64,000 bases of DNA from an uncultured Trueperaceae bacterium (GCA_937873495.1 CALMXZ010000011.1:344808-408807), one strand, 5' to 3'; shown: positions 38,655-48,653, numbered from the stretch's first letter. Translations and numbers: made by a program. The notes: a model not told the origin generated them from the letters alone.

Positions 38655-39779
38655 ATGAACATCGGGATCCCCAAAGAGATCAAGCCGCAGGAGTACCGGG
38701 TGGCCGCCACGCCCGGCGCCGTCCACGCCCTCACGAGCGCCGGCCACCGCGTCGTCGTCGAGACGGGCGCGGGGCTGGGCTCCAGCTTCCCTGACGAGGA
38801 GTACGTGGCCGCCGGCGCCGAACTCGGCAGCGTCGCCGACGCCTGGGGCCAACAACTCGTCCTGAAGGTCAAGGAGCCCATCGAGCGCGAGTACGGCTAC
38901 CTGCGCCCCGGCCTGCTGCTCTTCACGTACCTGCACCTCGCCGCCGACCGCCCCCTCACGGACGCCCTTGTGACCAGCCGCACCACCGCGGTGGCATACG
39001 AGACCGTGCAACTCCCCAACGGCACCCTGCCCCTCCTCACCCCCATGAGCGAGGTGGCCGGCAGGATGGCGCCCCAGGTCGGCGCGCACTTCCTTGAGCG
39101 CGCGCACGGCGGCAAGGGCGTGCTGCTGGCCGGCGTCCCCGGCGTGCAGACGGGCGTGGTGACGATCATCGGCGCCGGCGTCGTCGGCACCAACGCCGCC
39201 AAGATCTCGCTCGGCCTCGGCGCGCGCGTCAACCTCCTCGACGTCAGCCACGCTCGCCTGCAGTACCTGGACGACGTCTTCGGCGGCCGCGTCCAGACGA
39301 TGGCGAGCAACCTCGGCAACCTGCGCGAGCTCCTGCCCGTCACCGACCTGCTCATCGGCGCCGTGCTCATCCCCGGCGCCCGCGCCCCGCGGCTCGTCAC
39401 GCGCGACATGCTCGCGCTGATGAAGCCGGGCAGCGTCATCGTCGACGTGGCCGTCGACCAGGGCGGCTGCATCGAGACGATCCACGCCACCACCCACGAA
39501 AGCCCGACCTACGTCGTCGACGGCGTCGTGCATTACGGGGTCGCCAACATGCCGGGCGCCGTGCCGAACACGAGCACCCGCGCCCTCTCGAACCAGACGC
39601 TGCCTTATGCGCTGCGCCTCGCCGCCAAGGGCCTGAGCGCCCTGCAGGACGACCCGGCGTTCCTCAAGGGCCTCAACACCCACGCCGGCGCCATCACGTA
39701 CGGCGCGGTCGGGCAGACGTTCGGCTTGGACGTCGTCGACCCGGCGGCCGCGCTGCGGACGGGCGGCGTACCGGCCTGA
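38655..39779 (+). CDS. ald: Alanine dehydrogenase
   Basis: MNIGIPKEIK N-terminus. NAD Rossmann GAGVVG. Full AlaDH/PNT family length. Confidence 0.9.
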   Translation: MNIGIPKEIKPQEYRVAATPGAVHALTSAGHRVVVETGAGLGSSFPDEEYVAAGAELGSVADAWGQQLVLKVKEPIEREYGYLRPGLLLFTYLHLAADRPLTDALVTSRTTAVAYETVQLPNGTLPLLTPMSEVAGRMAPQVGAHFLERAHGGKGVLLAGVPGVQTGVVTIIGAGVVGTNAAKISLGLGARVNLLDVSHARLQYLDDVFGGRVQTMASNLGNLRELLPVTDLLIGAVLIPGARAPRLVTRDMLALMKPGSVIVDVAVDQGGCIETIHATTHESPTYVVDGVVHYGVANMPGAVPNTSTRALSNQTLPYALRLAAKGLSALQDDPAFLKGLNTHAGAITYGAVGQTFGLDVVDPAAALRTGGVPA

Positions 39780-39826
39780 GCGTACGGGCCGGCGCGGCCT
39801 AGACGGCTTCATCATTCGGTAGAACC

Positions 39827-39862
39827 CGAGGCCCCTCGCCTGAACCTGGGCGAGGGGCCTCG
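39827..39862. terminator. Bidirectional intrinsic-terminator-like hairpin between convergent ald and ruvA
   Basis: Perfect 13-bp inverted repeat GAGGCCCCTCGCC…GGCGAGGGGCCTC with an 8-nt loop, placed between the two convergent stop codons. No U-tract. Confidence 0.55.
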
Positions 39863-39868
39863 CTTACG

Positions 39869-40474
39869 TCAGCGCAGCTGAGCGAGCGCCTTGCGGATGA
39901 GCGCCTCGGCGGCGTCGGCCGGTGCCTTGGCCACCAGCTCCGCGACGGCGGTCCGCACCTGACCCTCGCGGTACCCGAGCGCGAGCAGGGCGGCCACCGC
40001 GTCCTCTGCCGCCGCGCTCAGGCCCGCCTTGCCGCCCGGCACGGCCTTGCCGTCGGCCGCGAGCGCGACGAGCTCGTCCGAGAGCCGCCCCTTGAGCTCG
40101 AGGACGATGCGCTCGGCCGTGCGCTTACCCACCCCCGGCGCGCTCGTCAGCAGGCCGGGATCGCCGTTCAGGACGGCGGTCACGATCAGGTGAGCGTTCA
40201 GGCTCGAGAGGATCGCGAGCGCGAGCTTCGGGCCGATGCCGCCCACCTCGAGCAGGCGTTTGAACAGGGCGAGCTGCTCGGTCTGGTGGAAGCCGTAGAG
40301 GCTGGGTTGCTCTTCCCTGACGACCAGGTGGGTGCGCAGGCGCACTTCGCGCCCGACGACGCACTTGGCCAAGGTGGAGCTGGGAGCCATGACCTCCAGC
40401 CCGATGCCACCCAAGGCCACGACGACGCTCGCTTCCCCGACCGCGGCCACGACCCCTTCGACGAAAGCGATCAC
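39869..40474 (-). CDS. ruvA: Holliday junction branch migration complex subunit RuvA
   Basis: 201 aa. HhH motifs GIGPKLA and GVGKRTAERI. Confidence 0.85.
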   Translation of the reverse strand: MIAFVEGVVAAVGEASVVVALGGIGLEVMAPSSTLAKCVVGREVRLRTHLVVREEQPSLYGFHQTEQLALFKRLLEVGGIGPKLALAILSSLNAHLIVTAVLNGDPGLLTSAPGVGKRTAERIVLELKGRLSDELVALAADGKAVPGGKAGLSAAAEDAVAALLALGYREGQVRTAVAELVAKAPADAAEALIRKALAQLR

Positions 40475-41250
40475 GGCTCCTCAAAGGCGGGGGCGAAGAG
40501 GAGGTCGTAACCGATGTCGCCCAGGTTGGCGCAGGCCGTGAGCCGCATGGCGTACGCGAGCTCCGTCGCGATGTCGACCGGGTCGCGGTCGCCGTCCACG
40601 ACGACGACCTCGGCCCCGACGGCCAGGTACCGCAGGACGTCGACCCCGTCGCGGACCGGGCCGCCCGCCGCGATGGTGAGCATGCCGCCGGCGGCGTCGA
40701 CCACCTCCGGAAGCAGCTCGATCACGGGCGGGGCCGCCAAGCGCACTCCGAGCGCGCCGCTCACGACCACCGCGTCGGCGCCGGCCTCGGCCGCCACCTC
40801 GGCGTCCGCGGCGGAGGCGACCCCGAACAGCCATAGGGGGCAGCCGGCGGCAGCCCGGAGCTCTGCGAGGTCCTCCCGGCTGCGGGGGCGCCACTCCTCG
40901 GCTCCGAACGGGGCCGCTTCGGCGAGGGGCGCCAGGTCGAGGCCGACGGCGGCCACGCCGCGTGCGGCCAGGCGCTTCACCTGGCTCACCAGTTCGGACA
41001 TGGCGCGGGGCGGCAGCACCGCCACCGTGTGTTCGGCCGGGTGCCGCTCCGCCCCGCCGAGCACCGCCTCGGCCGGCAACGCGGTCAGCTGGCCGCTCGC
41101 CACCGCGTCGCCACGGCGGCGGCGCGGCACGATGGGAGCGGCGAGCGTGAGCCCGAGGACGACGGCCGTCGTGTCGGTGGTGGTGACGTCGTGCAGCGCC
41201 CGCGGCAGGAGCTGGTACGCGTCCAACGCGGCTAACTCGCGCTGTGTCAC
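40471..41250 (-). CDS. FMN-dependent alpha-hydroxy-acid dehydrogenase-like protein, apparently N-terminally truncated (about 259 aa); possible gene remnant
   Basis: The C-terminal half of the glycolate-oxidase/LldD TIM barrel is recognisable (…DAVVVSGALG…, MLTIAAGGPVRDGVDVLRYLAVGAEVVVV). The remaining upstream ORF sequence overlaps the divergent ABC gene and is rejected. No good RBS before GTG 41250. Confidence 0.45.
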   Translation of the reverse strand: MTQRELAALDAYQLLPRALHDVTTTDTTAVVLGLTLAAPIVPRRRRGDAVASGQLTALPAEAVLGGAERHPAEHTVAVLPPRAMSELVSQVKRLAARGVAAVGLDLAPLAEAAPFGAEEWRPRSREDLAELRAAAGCPLWLFGVASAADAEVAAEAGADAVVVSGALGVRLAAPPVIELLPEVVDAAGGMLTIAAGGPVRDGVDVLRYLAVGAEVVVVDGDRDPVDIATELAYAMRLTACANLGDIGYDLLFAPAFEEP

Positions 41251-41391
41251 ACCCGGATGATAGCAAGGCCCGACGGGCGCCGGCTCGCCGCCCTCGCGAC
41301 GGCCGGGGCACGCGCCGCGTTGGGCGGGGCCGGGCGACTGGTCGCCGACCGGCGTCCGGCCCACACCGAACCGTCTGTTAACATCGCGGCT

Positions 41392-42144
41392 GTGAACGAG
41401 CTCGTCTCCGCCCACAGCCTCAGCAAGTCCTTCGGCTCCGTCAAGGCAGTCGACGACCTGAGCTTCGACGTCAAGGCATCGGAAGTGTTCGGCGTGCTTG
41501 GGCCCAACGGGGCCGGCAAGACCACCACGCTGAGGATCCTCGCCACCCTGCTCGCGCCCGACTCCGGCACGGCCACCGTCGCCGGTCACGACATCATCAA
41601 GGACGCCGAGCGCGTGCGCGCGGCCATCGGCGTGGTGAACGGCGGCATGGGCCTCTACGACCGGCTCACGGGCCGCGAGATCCTCCATTACTTCGGCGGG
41701 CTCTACGGCATGCGCGGCGCGGCCATCGAGGCGCGCATCGCGGAGCTCGACCAGCTCCTCCAGCTCGGCGACACCCTGTCGCGCCGGGCCGGCGGCTTCT
41801 CCACCGGCATGAAGCAGAAGGTGGTCATCGCGCGCGCCGTCTTGCACGACCCGCAGGTCATCTTCTTCGACGAGGCGACCAGCGGCCTCGACGTCGTCGC
41901 GCGCCGCGCCGTCATCGACTTCGTCAAGGCCTACCCGAGCGCCGGCCGGGCCGTCGTCTACTCGACCCACGTCATGAGCGAGGTCGAGGAGCTCTGCGAC
42001 CGCGCGTGCATCATCTACCGCGGCCGCAAGATCGCCGAGGGCACCATCACCGAGCTCGCGGCGCAAGGCGACGGCAAGGGCCTCGAAGAGGCCTTCTTCC
42101 GCCTCGTCAACCGCTACGACACGGCGCGGGGGGTGGCGGCATGA
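41392..42144 (+). CDS. ABC transporter ATP-binding protein (NatA/ABC-2 type)
   Basis: GTG start. Walker A GPNGAGKTT, Walker B IFFDEATSGLD. Confidence 0.8.
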   Translation: MNELVSAHSLSKSFGSVKAVDDLSFDVKASEVFGVLGPNGAGKTTTLRILATLLAPDSGTATVAGHDIIKDAERVRAAIGVVNGGMGLYDRLTGREILHYFGGLYGMRGAAIEARIAELDQLLQLGDTLSRRAGGFSTGMKQKVVIARAVLHDPQVIFFDEATSGLDVVARRAVIDFVKAYPSAGRAVVYSTHVMSEVEELCDRACIIYRGRKIAEGTITELAAQGDGKGLEEAFFRLVNRYDTARGVAA

Positions 42145-43367
42145 GGCCGGGCGTCATCCTGCGCCTCGCGCGCAAGGAGATCGTCTCCACGCTGCGCGAC
42201 ACGCGGGCCATCGTCTCCAACCTGGTCATCCCGCTCGTGCTCGTGCCCGTGATGATGATCGGCATGCCGCTCCTGCTCGGCAGCCTCTTCGAGCGTGAGC
42301 AGGTCACGGTGACGGCCGTCGGCGTGGTCGGCGACGCCAACGTGCCGGTCGACCTGCGCTCGGCCTTCACGTCCGCCAACCTGGCCCTCCAACCCGTGGC
42401 GGACGCCGACCAGGCCGTGAGGGACGGCACCGTCGACGTCGCGGTCGTCGTGCCGGCCGGCTTCGAGGCCGCGCTCGCGGACGGTGGCAGCGCCGCGGTG
42501 CAGGTGCACAGCAAGGTCGGTAACATGAAGAGCGAGCTGAACGCGTCGAAGGTCCAGCAGGCCTTCGCGACCTACCAGGCGGGCGTCGTCGCCGCCCGGC
42601 TCGGCGCGGCCGGGCTCGACGCGAGCATCCTGCAACCCGTGACGGTGCAGACGGTCGACGCGAGCAGCCAGGCGGAACGCAGCAGCGGGCAGCTCTCGTG
42701 GCTCATCCCGTTCTTCATCGCCATCTGGACCTTGACGGGTGGGCAGATGACGGCCATCGACGCCACGGCCGGCGAGAAGGAGCGCGGCACCCTCGAGGTG
42801 CTGCTCGTGGCGCCCGTACGCCGCGCCGAGGTCGTGGCAGGCAAGTTCATCGCGACCATGACCTTCGGGCTCAGCGCGGCGCTGATGGCCATCCTCGGCA
42901 TCATCATCGGCGGCGCCGTGATGGGCAGACTGATCGTGCCGCGCCTCGGCGAGGGCGCGAGCGGCATGGTCAACGTCATGGGTGGCAGCATCGCCCTGAC
43001 GCCGACCATCGTCCTCGCGCTCATCGTGAGCGCCCTGCTCCTCTCGGCCTTCGTCTCGGCGTTGCTCCTAGGCATCGCGATGTTCGCGCGCTCGTTCAAG
43101 GAGGCGCAGAGCTACGTGGCGCCGCTCTCGTTCCTGTTCGTCATCCCCGCCGTCGCCCTGCAGTTCAAGGACCTGATCGGCCTGTCCGACTCGGTGTTCT
43201 ACGTGCCCGTCCTCAACGTCCTGATCCTGATGGACAACGTGGTGCGGGGAGTGGGCACCGGCAGGGAAGCCCTCATCACGTGGGGCGTGATGCTAGTGGC
43301 CGTCGTGCTCCTGCTGCGCTTCGCCTTGCGCAACTTCAAGCGCGAGTCCGTCATCTTCAGGAGCTAG
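42141..43367 (+). CDS. ABC-2 family transporter permease (NatB-like)
   Basis: ATG overlapping the ATPase stop. 6 TM helices with a large periplasmic loop. Confidence 0.7.
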   Translation: MRPGVILRLARKEIVSTLRDTRAIVSNLVIPLVLVPVMMIGMPLLLGSLFEREQVTVTAVGVVGDANVPVDLRSAFTSANLALQPVADADQAVRDGTVDVAVVVPAGFEAALADGGSAAVQVHSKVGNMKSELNASKVQQAFATYQAGVVAARLGAAGLDASILQPVTVQTVDASSQAERSSGQLSWLIPFFIAIWTLTGGQMTAIDATAGEKERGTLEVLLVAPVRRAEVVAGKFIATMTFGLSAALMAILGIIIGGAVMGRLIVPRLGEGASGMVNVMGGSIALTPTIVLALIVSALLLSAFVSALLLGIAMFARSFKEAQSYVAPLSFLFVIPAVALQFKDLIGLSDSVFYVPVLNVLILMDNVVRGVGTGREALITWGVMLVAVVLLLRFALRNFKRESVIFRS

Positions 43368-43373
43368 CCGGGT

Positions 43374-44933
43374 TCAGGAACTGGGCGTGTCGCCCGTCGT
43401 GGACTGGCGGTACGGCGTGTCGGCCGGCCCGCGCCCCGGCAGGCGGCCGAACAGGGCCGCCAGCTCGCGGAGCTGGGGCGCCACCCAGTACGGCACGTCC
43501 TGCCATTCGAACCGCCAGCTCCAGTTGCCGGTCGCGACGCCGGGGGTGTTCATGCGCGCCTCGCCGCCGAGGCCGAGCACGTCCTGGAGCGTGGCGACGG
43601 CGGTCGTCGCCACCGACGCCTGAGCCAACCGCAGGAGGGCCCACGGCACCGCCCCGTCGTCGCACGCCAGGTAGCGCCTCACCAGGTCGCGCTCGGCGTC
43701 CGGCGCGGCGGCGAACCAGCCCGCCGTCGTGTCGTTGTCGTGTGTGCCCGTGTAGACGACGCAGTTCGCGTCGTAGTTGTGGGGCAGGTACGGGTCGTCG
43801 GCGTCGCCTGCGAACGCGAACTGCAGGACCTTCATGCCGGGCAGGCCGTTGGCGCTGCGCAACGCGTCGACGTCGGGCGTTATGACCCCGAGGTCCTCCG
43901 CCACCAGCGGCAACGCGCCGAGAGCCGTTCTGAGGGCGTCGAAGAGCGCCTGGCCGGGTCCCGCGACCCATCGGCCCTTCACGGCCGTCGGTTCCGACGC
44001 CGGGATCTCCCAGTAGGCGGCGAAGCCGCGGAAGTGGTCGATACGCACCATGTCGACCAGGCCGAGGGTGGCGCGTACGCGCTCGACCCACCAGGCGTAG
44101 CCGTCCTTGACCATGGCGTCCCAGCGGTAGAGCGGGTTGCCCCAGCGTTGGCCAGTGGCCGAGAAGTAGTCGGGGGGCACGCCGGCCACCACGGTGGGCC
44201 TGCCGGTGGCGTCGAGGTGGAACTGGTCGGGGCGCGCCCACGTGTCGGCCGAGTCGTGCGCGACGAAGATCGGGATGTCGCCGAGGATGACGATGTCGCG
44301 GGCGGCCGCGTAGGCGTGGAGCGCGTCCCACTGCCTGCGGAACCAGTACTGCCAGACGGTGTGCTTGGCGACGACGGGGGCCAGGTCGGTCCTGGCCCGC
44401 TCCAAGGCTTCCGAGTCGCGGTCGCGCAAGGGCGCGGGCCACTCGTTCCACGCCCTGCCCTCGTTCGCCTCCTTGAGTGCCATGAACAGGGCGTAGTCGG
44501 GCAGCCACGCCTCGTTCGCGCGCGCGAACTCCGCCAGGGCGCCGCGCTCGGCCTGGCCGGCGGCTGTGAGGAGGCGCTCGGCCGCCTTACCGAGGAGCGC
44601 GAGCTTCAGCGGGATGACCTTGCCGAAGTCCACGCCGTCCTGCGGCAACGCGCGCAGGCCCGCCAGCTCGGCGGCGCTCAGGAGGCCGCCGCGCTCTAGC
44701 TCCCCGAGGTCGACGAGGTAGTGGTTGCCCGCGAAGGCGCTGAAGCACTGGTACGGGCTGTCGCCGTAGCCGGTCGGCCCGAGGGGCATGACCTGCCAGA
44801 GGCGCTGCCCGGCCGCTTCGAGGAAGTCGAGCCACGCGTACGCCTCGCGCCCGAGCTCGCCGACGCCGTGGGGGCCGGGCAGCGACGTCGGGTGCAGCAG
44901 GATGCCCGAGCGGCGAGACGGCGACGCGCTCAT
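43374..44933 (-). CDS. malQ: 4-alpha-glucanotransferase (amylomaltase, GH77)
   Basis: 519 aa from internal Met MSASPSRRSGILLHPTSLPG. GH77 motifs …DHFRGF…, …VAEDLG…, …YTGTHDNDT…. The upstream 342 codons of the listed ORF are antisense to the permease gene. Confidence 0.85.
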   Translation of the reverse strand: MSASPSRRSGILLHPTSLPGPHGVGELGREAYAWLDFLEAAGQRLWQVMPLGPTGYGDSPYQCFSAFAGNHYLVDLGELERGGLLSAAELAGLRALPQDGVDFGKVIPLKLALLGKAAERLLTAAGQAERGALAEFARANEAWLPDYALFMALKEANEGRAWNEWPAPLRDRDSEALERARTDLAPVVAKHTVWQYWFRRQWDALHAYAAARDIVILGDIPIFVAHDSADTWARPDQFHLDATGRPTVVAGVPPDYFSATGQRWGNPLYRWDAMVKDGYAWWVERVRATLGLVDMVRIDHFRGFAAYWEIPASEPTAVKGRWVAGPGQALFDALRTALGALPLVAEDLGVITPDVDALRSANGLPGMKVLQFAFAGDADDPYLPHNYDANCVVYTGTHDNDTTAGWFAAAPDAERDLVRRYLACDDGAVPWALLRLAQASVATTAVATLQDVLGLGGEARMNTPGVATGNWSWRFEWQDVPYWVAPQLRELAALFGRLPGRGPADTPYRQSTTGDTPSS

Positions 44934-45868
44934 TCGTTCCACGCCTTGCCGATGCCCTTGGGCGCCACCGAGCGCCCGACGAAGCCCGCCAGAACGAGCA
45001 TGGTCAGGATGTAAGGGAGGCTCTGCACCACCGTCGGGGGCAGGAGCTTGCCGCCGCCGAGAAGGACCTCGGTGGCCTGGAACGCGCCGAACAGGAGCGT
45101 GGCGCCGAGCACGCCGAGGGGGTGCCACTTCCCGAAGATGAGGGCCGCCAGCGCGATGAAGCCGCGCCCGCCCGACATCTCGCTGATGAACTGGTTGAGG
45201 TTGCCGATCGAGAGGTAGGCCCCGCCCAGCCCGGCCAGCACGCCCGAGAGCATGACGCCCGTGTAGCGCATGCGCGTGACGCTGATGCCGAGCGAGTCGG
45301 CCGCCTCGGGGTGCTCGCCGACGGCCCTCAGCCGGAGGCCGAAAGGTGTGCGGAACACGACGAACCACACCACCGGCACGAGGAGGAAGGCGACGTACAC
45401 GAGGACGTTGAAGCTCAGGCCCGGGATGCCGAAGAACGAGATCTCGGGCAAGCGCGAGCGGATGGGGTCGCTGATCGAGGTGTTGTGGTAGAGCCCGGCG
45501 AGGACGACGGCGGGGATGCCGAGGCCCATGAGGTTGATGGCGGTGCCGGAGATGATCTGATCGGCCTTGTAGCGGATGGACACGAGTGCGTGGACGCCAG
45601 CGACGAGGGCGCCGAGGACCATGGCGGCGAGCAGGCCGAGCCACGGCGCGAACCAGACCCTCGCGGTCGGGTCGGCGCGCAGGTAGGGCGCCTCGACGAG
45701 CTGGGTCGTGACGGCGGCCGCCATGGCGCCGAAGAGGATGATGCCTTCGAGCGCGATGTTGACGACGCCGGAGCGCTCCGAGAAGAGCCCGCCGAGGGCG
45801 GCGAACAGGAGCGGCGTGGTGGCGCGCAGCATCGAGGAGGCGAGGGCGAGCAGGATGACGGTGTCCAC
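44930..45868 (-). CDS. ABC transporter permease, inner-membrane translocator (BPD_transp_2) family
   Basis: 312 aa, 8-10 TM. Similar to sugar/nucleoside (RbsC/YufQ-type) permeases. The stop overlaps the malQ start. Confidence 0.75.
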   Translation of the reverse strand: MDTVILLALASSMLRATTPLLFAALGGLFSERSGVVNIALEGIILFGAMAAAVTTQLVEAPYLRADPTARVWFAPWLGLLAAMVLGALVAGVHALVSIRYKADQIISGTAINLMGLGIPAVVLAGLYHNTSISDPIRSRLPEISFFGIPGLSFNVLVYVAFLLVPVVWFVVFRTPFGLRLRAVGEHPEAADSLGISVTRMRYTGVMLSGVLAGLGGAYLSIGNLNQFISEMSGGRGFIALAALIFGKWHPLGVLGATLLFGAFQATEVLLGGGKLLPPTVVQSLPYILTMLVLAGFVGRSVAPKGIGKAWNE

Positions 45869-45871
45869 GGT

Positions 45872-48142
45872 TCAGCCCTCCCCTGCGCGGTCGGTCGGGC
45901 CGGCTTGCGCCGCGGTCGCCGCCGCGGGCTCTGCCGCCGGTTCCTGCCTCGCGCCCCACTTGAGCGGGTTCGTTAGGCGCTCCGGTAGGAAACCCTTGGC
46001 GGCTATGAACAGCACGACGAGCGCCAGGATCATGCTCACGACGTCGCGGGTGAGGTCGGGGAACGTGATGTTCAGGACCGAGCCGCCGTATTTGAGGACG
46101 CCGAAGAGGAACGCGGAAGCGACGATGAACGCTGGTTGGTTGGCGCCGAGGAGCGCCACCGCGATGCCGTCGAAGCCGTCGCTGGTCGGGATGGACTGAC
46201 GCAACGCGTAGTCCTCGAGGGCGCCTCCCAGGACGTAGTGGGTGGCCGTGAGGCCCGCCAGCGCTCCGCTGATGGCCATGGCCATGATCGTGTTACGACC
46301 GATGCGCGCCCCGCCGTACTCGGCGGCGCGCGGTGAGAACCCGACGGCGCGCAGCTCGTAGCCCCAGCGCGTCTTGAACAGGAACACCTGCACGAACACC
46401 GCCATGAGGAGGGCGATGAGGAAAGAGAGGTTGAGTTTCGTCGGCGGGATGGCGGTAGCGACGCCGGTGAGGCCGACGAGGGCGCCAAGCCCGTAGAGGA
46501 CGCCGCCGACGCCGAGCGCCCCGACGAGGCGGGCGACCCAACCCTTCAGGCGCCCGATGCGGCCGAGCCGGAACGCGGCCACCACCGCGCCGAGCAGCGC
46601 CACGAGGCCGGCGTAGTCGATGCGCACGACGTTGACCCCGCCGCGCGTCACGCCGAGCATGGCCGGGAGCTGCGGTAGCCGCGCGCCCGCGTTGAGCGGC
46701 CGCGACTTCGGCTCGTTGCCTGGCACCTTGAAGGGCATGTTCACCGTGACGGGCTGGTCGCCGGTGCGCGGCAGGCCGGCCACGACGCAACCGGCCAGCA
46801 GCACTACCGCCCCGACGGCGAAGGCGGCGCGCGGCGCGCGCTTGGCTCCGCGCCGGACGGCGGGGACGAGGAACGCGACGCTCAGCAAGACGAGGAAGGC
46901 ACCGATGGCCAGGAAGATCCGCACCGCGGCCGCGGCGAACACGTTGCCGGCGGAGAGGATGAAGAGCAGGACGGACGCGGCCACGAAGTTCAGGAGGATC
47001 GTGTTGATGACCTCGTTGGCGCCGAACCGCGCCTTCAGCCAGCCGGGGAGCGCGCCCCAGAGGCCACCGCCGAGCGCGGCGAACAGGACGGCTACGGGCA
47101 GCACCACGAAGCGCGGCCCGGGCATGTAGATCCCGGCGAGCATGGCGAAGATGGCCCCCATGACCATCTGGCCGGGGGCGCCGATGTTGAAGAGCCCGGC
47201 CTGGAAGCCGAACGCCACCGCCAGCCCCGTGAAGATGAGCGGCGTCGCGAACTTGAGCGACTCGGCGAAGCCGTTCACGGTGCCGAGCGAATCGTGGAAC
47301 ATGGAGTAGTAGGCGTACCAGAGCGTGTCGAGGCGCCCGACGAGCGCGTTGAAGGCGCCGCTCACTTGGGCGCCGGCGCCGACGGGCGTGCCCTGCAGGG
47401 CGAGGATGACGACCGCGGCAGCTAGCAGTGCCAGGAGGATGGCGGTGGCCGGCACGGCCGCCGCGCGCAGCAGCCGGTCTATCACTTGCCCGGCGCCGCG
47501 GAAGACCCTGGCGCCGAAGAGGAGCGCGAAGGCGCCCGTGACGACGGCCAGGAACGCGCTGAAGCCAACACCTGCGTTCGTGTACGGCAGGCGCCTGACG
47601 ACGAGCCCGGCGGCGTCAGCCTCGGCCAGCCCCTCGGTGAGGTTGCGTTCGCTGTCGGGCTGCTCGGCGGCGGCGAGCAGCGCCTCGAGCTTCTCGACGT
47701 CGTAGGCGGGCCGCGGCCTCTCGATGGCGCCGCGCACCTCGCCGAGGAACGCGTCGTAGCGGGCGCCCTCGACGGCGCCGGTCAACCGCCCCATGCCCCA
47801 GGCCGTGCCGACGACGAGCACGAGCCCGCCCGCCAACCACGCGAAGCGCCGCGCCTTCGCAGGCAGCGCGCCGCCTCCCGCCACGAGCGCCAGGCCAACG
47901 AGCGTGAGCACGAGGACCGCGCCTTGCTGCGGGAGTTCGATGGGTTGGGTGCGGCCCGTGAAGTCCACGTACCGCTCGGGGAGCAGGACGACGGCGCTGC
48001 GCGCGCCGGTCTCGCGGTTGATGGCGGCCCACGGAGCGAAGACGACCGCCAGCGCCGTCACCAACGCCAGCACGATCAGTGCCATACGCTCGTTCACGCT
48101 GGCCATCATACGTAGTGTCGGCCTTGGCACTGGCCGCGTCAT
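45872..48142 (-). CDS. ABC transporter permease, BPD_transp_2 family, unusually long (756 aa) with a large N-terminal extension
   Basis: C-terminal roughly 350 aa is a typical RbsC/YufP-like permease. N-terminal roughly 400 aa has additional TM segments and a soluble insert. Start codon uncertain. Confidence 0.65.
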   Translation of the reverse strand: MTRPVPRPTLRMMASVNERMALIVLALVTALAVVFAPWAAINRETGARSAVVLLPERYVDFTGRTQPIELPQQGAVLVLTLVGLALVAGGGALPAKARRFAWLAGGLVLVVGTAWGMGRLTGAVEGARYDAFLGEVRGAIERPRPAYDVEKLEALLAAAEQPDSERNLTEGLAEADAAGLVVRRLPYTNAGVGFSAFLAVVTGAFALLFGARVFRGAGQVIDRLLRAAAVPATAILLALLAAAVVILALQGTPVGAGAQVSGAFNALVGRLDTLWYAYYSMFHDSLGTVNGFAESLKFATPLIFTGLAVAFGFQAGLFNIGAPGQMVMGAIFAMLAGIYMPGPRFVVLPVAVLFAALGGGLWGALPGWLKARFGANEVINTILLNFVAASVLLFILSAGNVFAAAAVRIFLAIGAFLVLLSVAFLVPAVRRGAKRAPRAAFAVGAVVLLAGCVVAGLPRTGDQPVTVNMPFKVPGNEPKSRPLNAGARLPQLPAMLGVTRGGVNVVRIDYAGLVALLGAVVAAFRLGRIGRLKGWVARLVGALGVGGVLYGLGALVGLTGVATAIPPTKLNLSFLIALLMAVFVQVFLFKTRWGYELRAVGFSPRAAEYGGARIGRNTIMAMAISGALAGLTATHYVLGGALEDYALRQSIPTSDGFDGIAVALLGANQPAFIVASAFLFGVLKYGGSVLNITFPDLTRDVVSMILALVVLFIAAKGFLPERLTNPLKWGARQEPAAEPAAATAAQAGPTDRAGEG

Positions 48143-48239
48143 CGTTGGAGCACGGTGCTGGGTTGGGCGCCCTGCCGCCCCCGGGGGTCGTCGGACGCGG
48201 CGACGACGGGGCTTCGACGCAGGCCCTCTAGGCCGACCA

Positions 48240-48653
48240 CTACTGCATCAGTGCAGATCTAACGTCTGTCAGCGCGAAGTCGGCGCCAACGTAGAGGAGC
48301 GGGGCCGAACGGCGTTTGGCGAGGGCGTAGGCGAAGCTATCGCCGAAGTTCAGGCCACCGCGCGTCCCGAAGCCCTTGCCGTAGTCCAGGCGTGCCTTCA
48401 ACGCGGCACGCGCCAGACTCTCGTCGATCGGGTCGATGCCGATGCGGAAGTCGGACAGAAACGCATCCAGATCGGCGATCGCTTCGCCACGGTCAGCGCT
48501 CTTGATCCTGCCCGCCAGAACGGTCCCGGCCTCGACGTAGTTCACTGCCGATATGAGGCGCGAAGCGTCCTTCTGGAGAGCGGCCATGCAGTCCGACGCT
48601 TCCGCCTCCTCGAACATGATCGCGATGATGGCGGACGCATCGACGATCACCAT
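48240..48653 (-). CDS. vapC: Type II toxin VapC (PIN-domain ribonuclease)
   Basis: 137 aa. [12 protein letters not shown]… with PIN acidic residues. Overlaps the vapB stop by 7 nt. Confidence 0.8.
   Translation of the reverse strand: MVIVDASAIIAIMFEEAEASDCMAALQKDASRLISAVNYVEAGTVLAGRIKSADRGEAIADLDAFLSDFRIGIDPIDESLARAALKARLDYGKGFGTRGGLNFGDSFAYALAKRRSAPLLYVGADFALTDVRSALMQ

Noticed and set aside
40471-42066. 531-aa minus ORF
   Set aside because: The upstream 270 codons are antisense to the ABC ATPase gene. Only the C-terminal FMN-DH-like portion is plausible.
43360-43380. Apparent 1-nt discrepancy between my position count of the printed sequence and ORF-track coordinates near 43366
   Set aside because: Most likely my indexing error. 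Coordinates elsewhere (17197-17199 TGA, 16108-16110 start) agree with the track, so track coordinates were used throughout.
43374-45959. 861-aa minus ORF
   Set aside because: The first 342 codons are antisense to the 312-aa permease and Arg/His/Pro-rich. malQ starts at the internal Met (codon top 44933).
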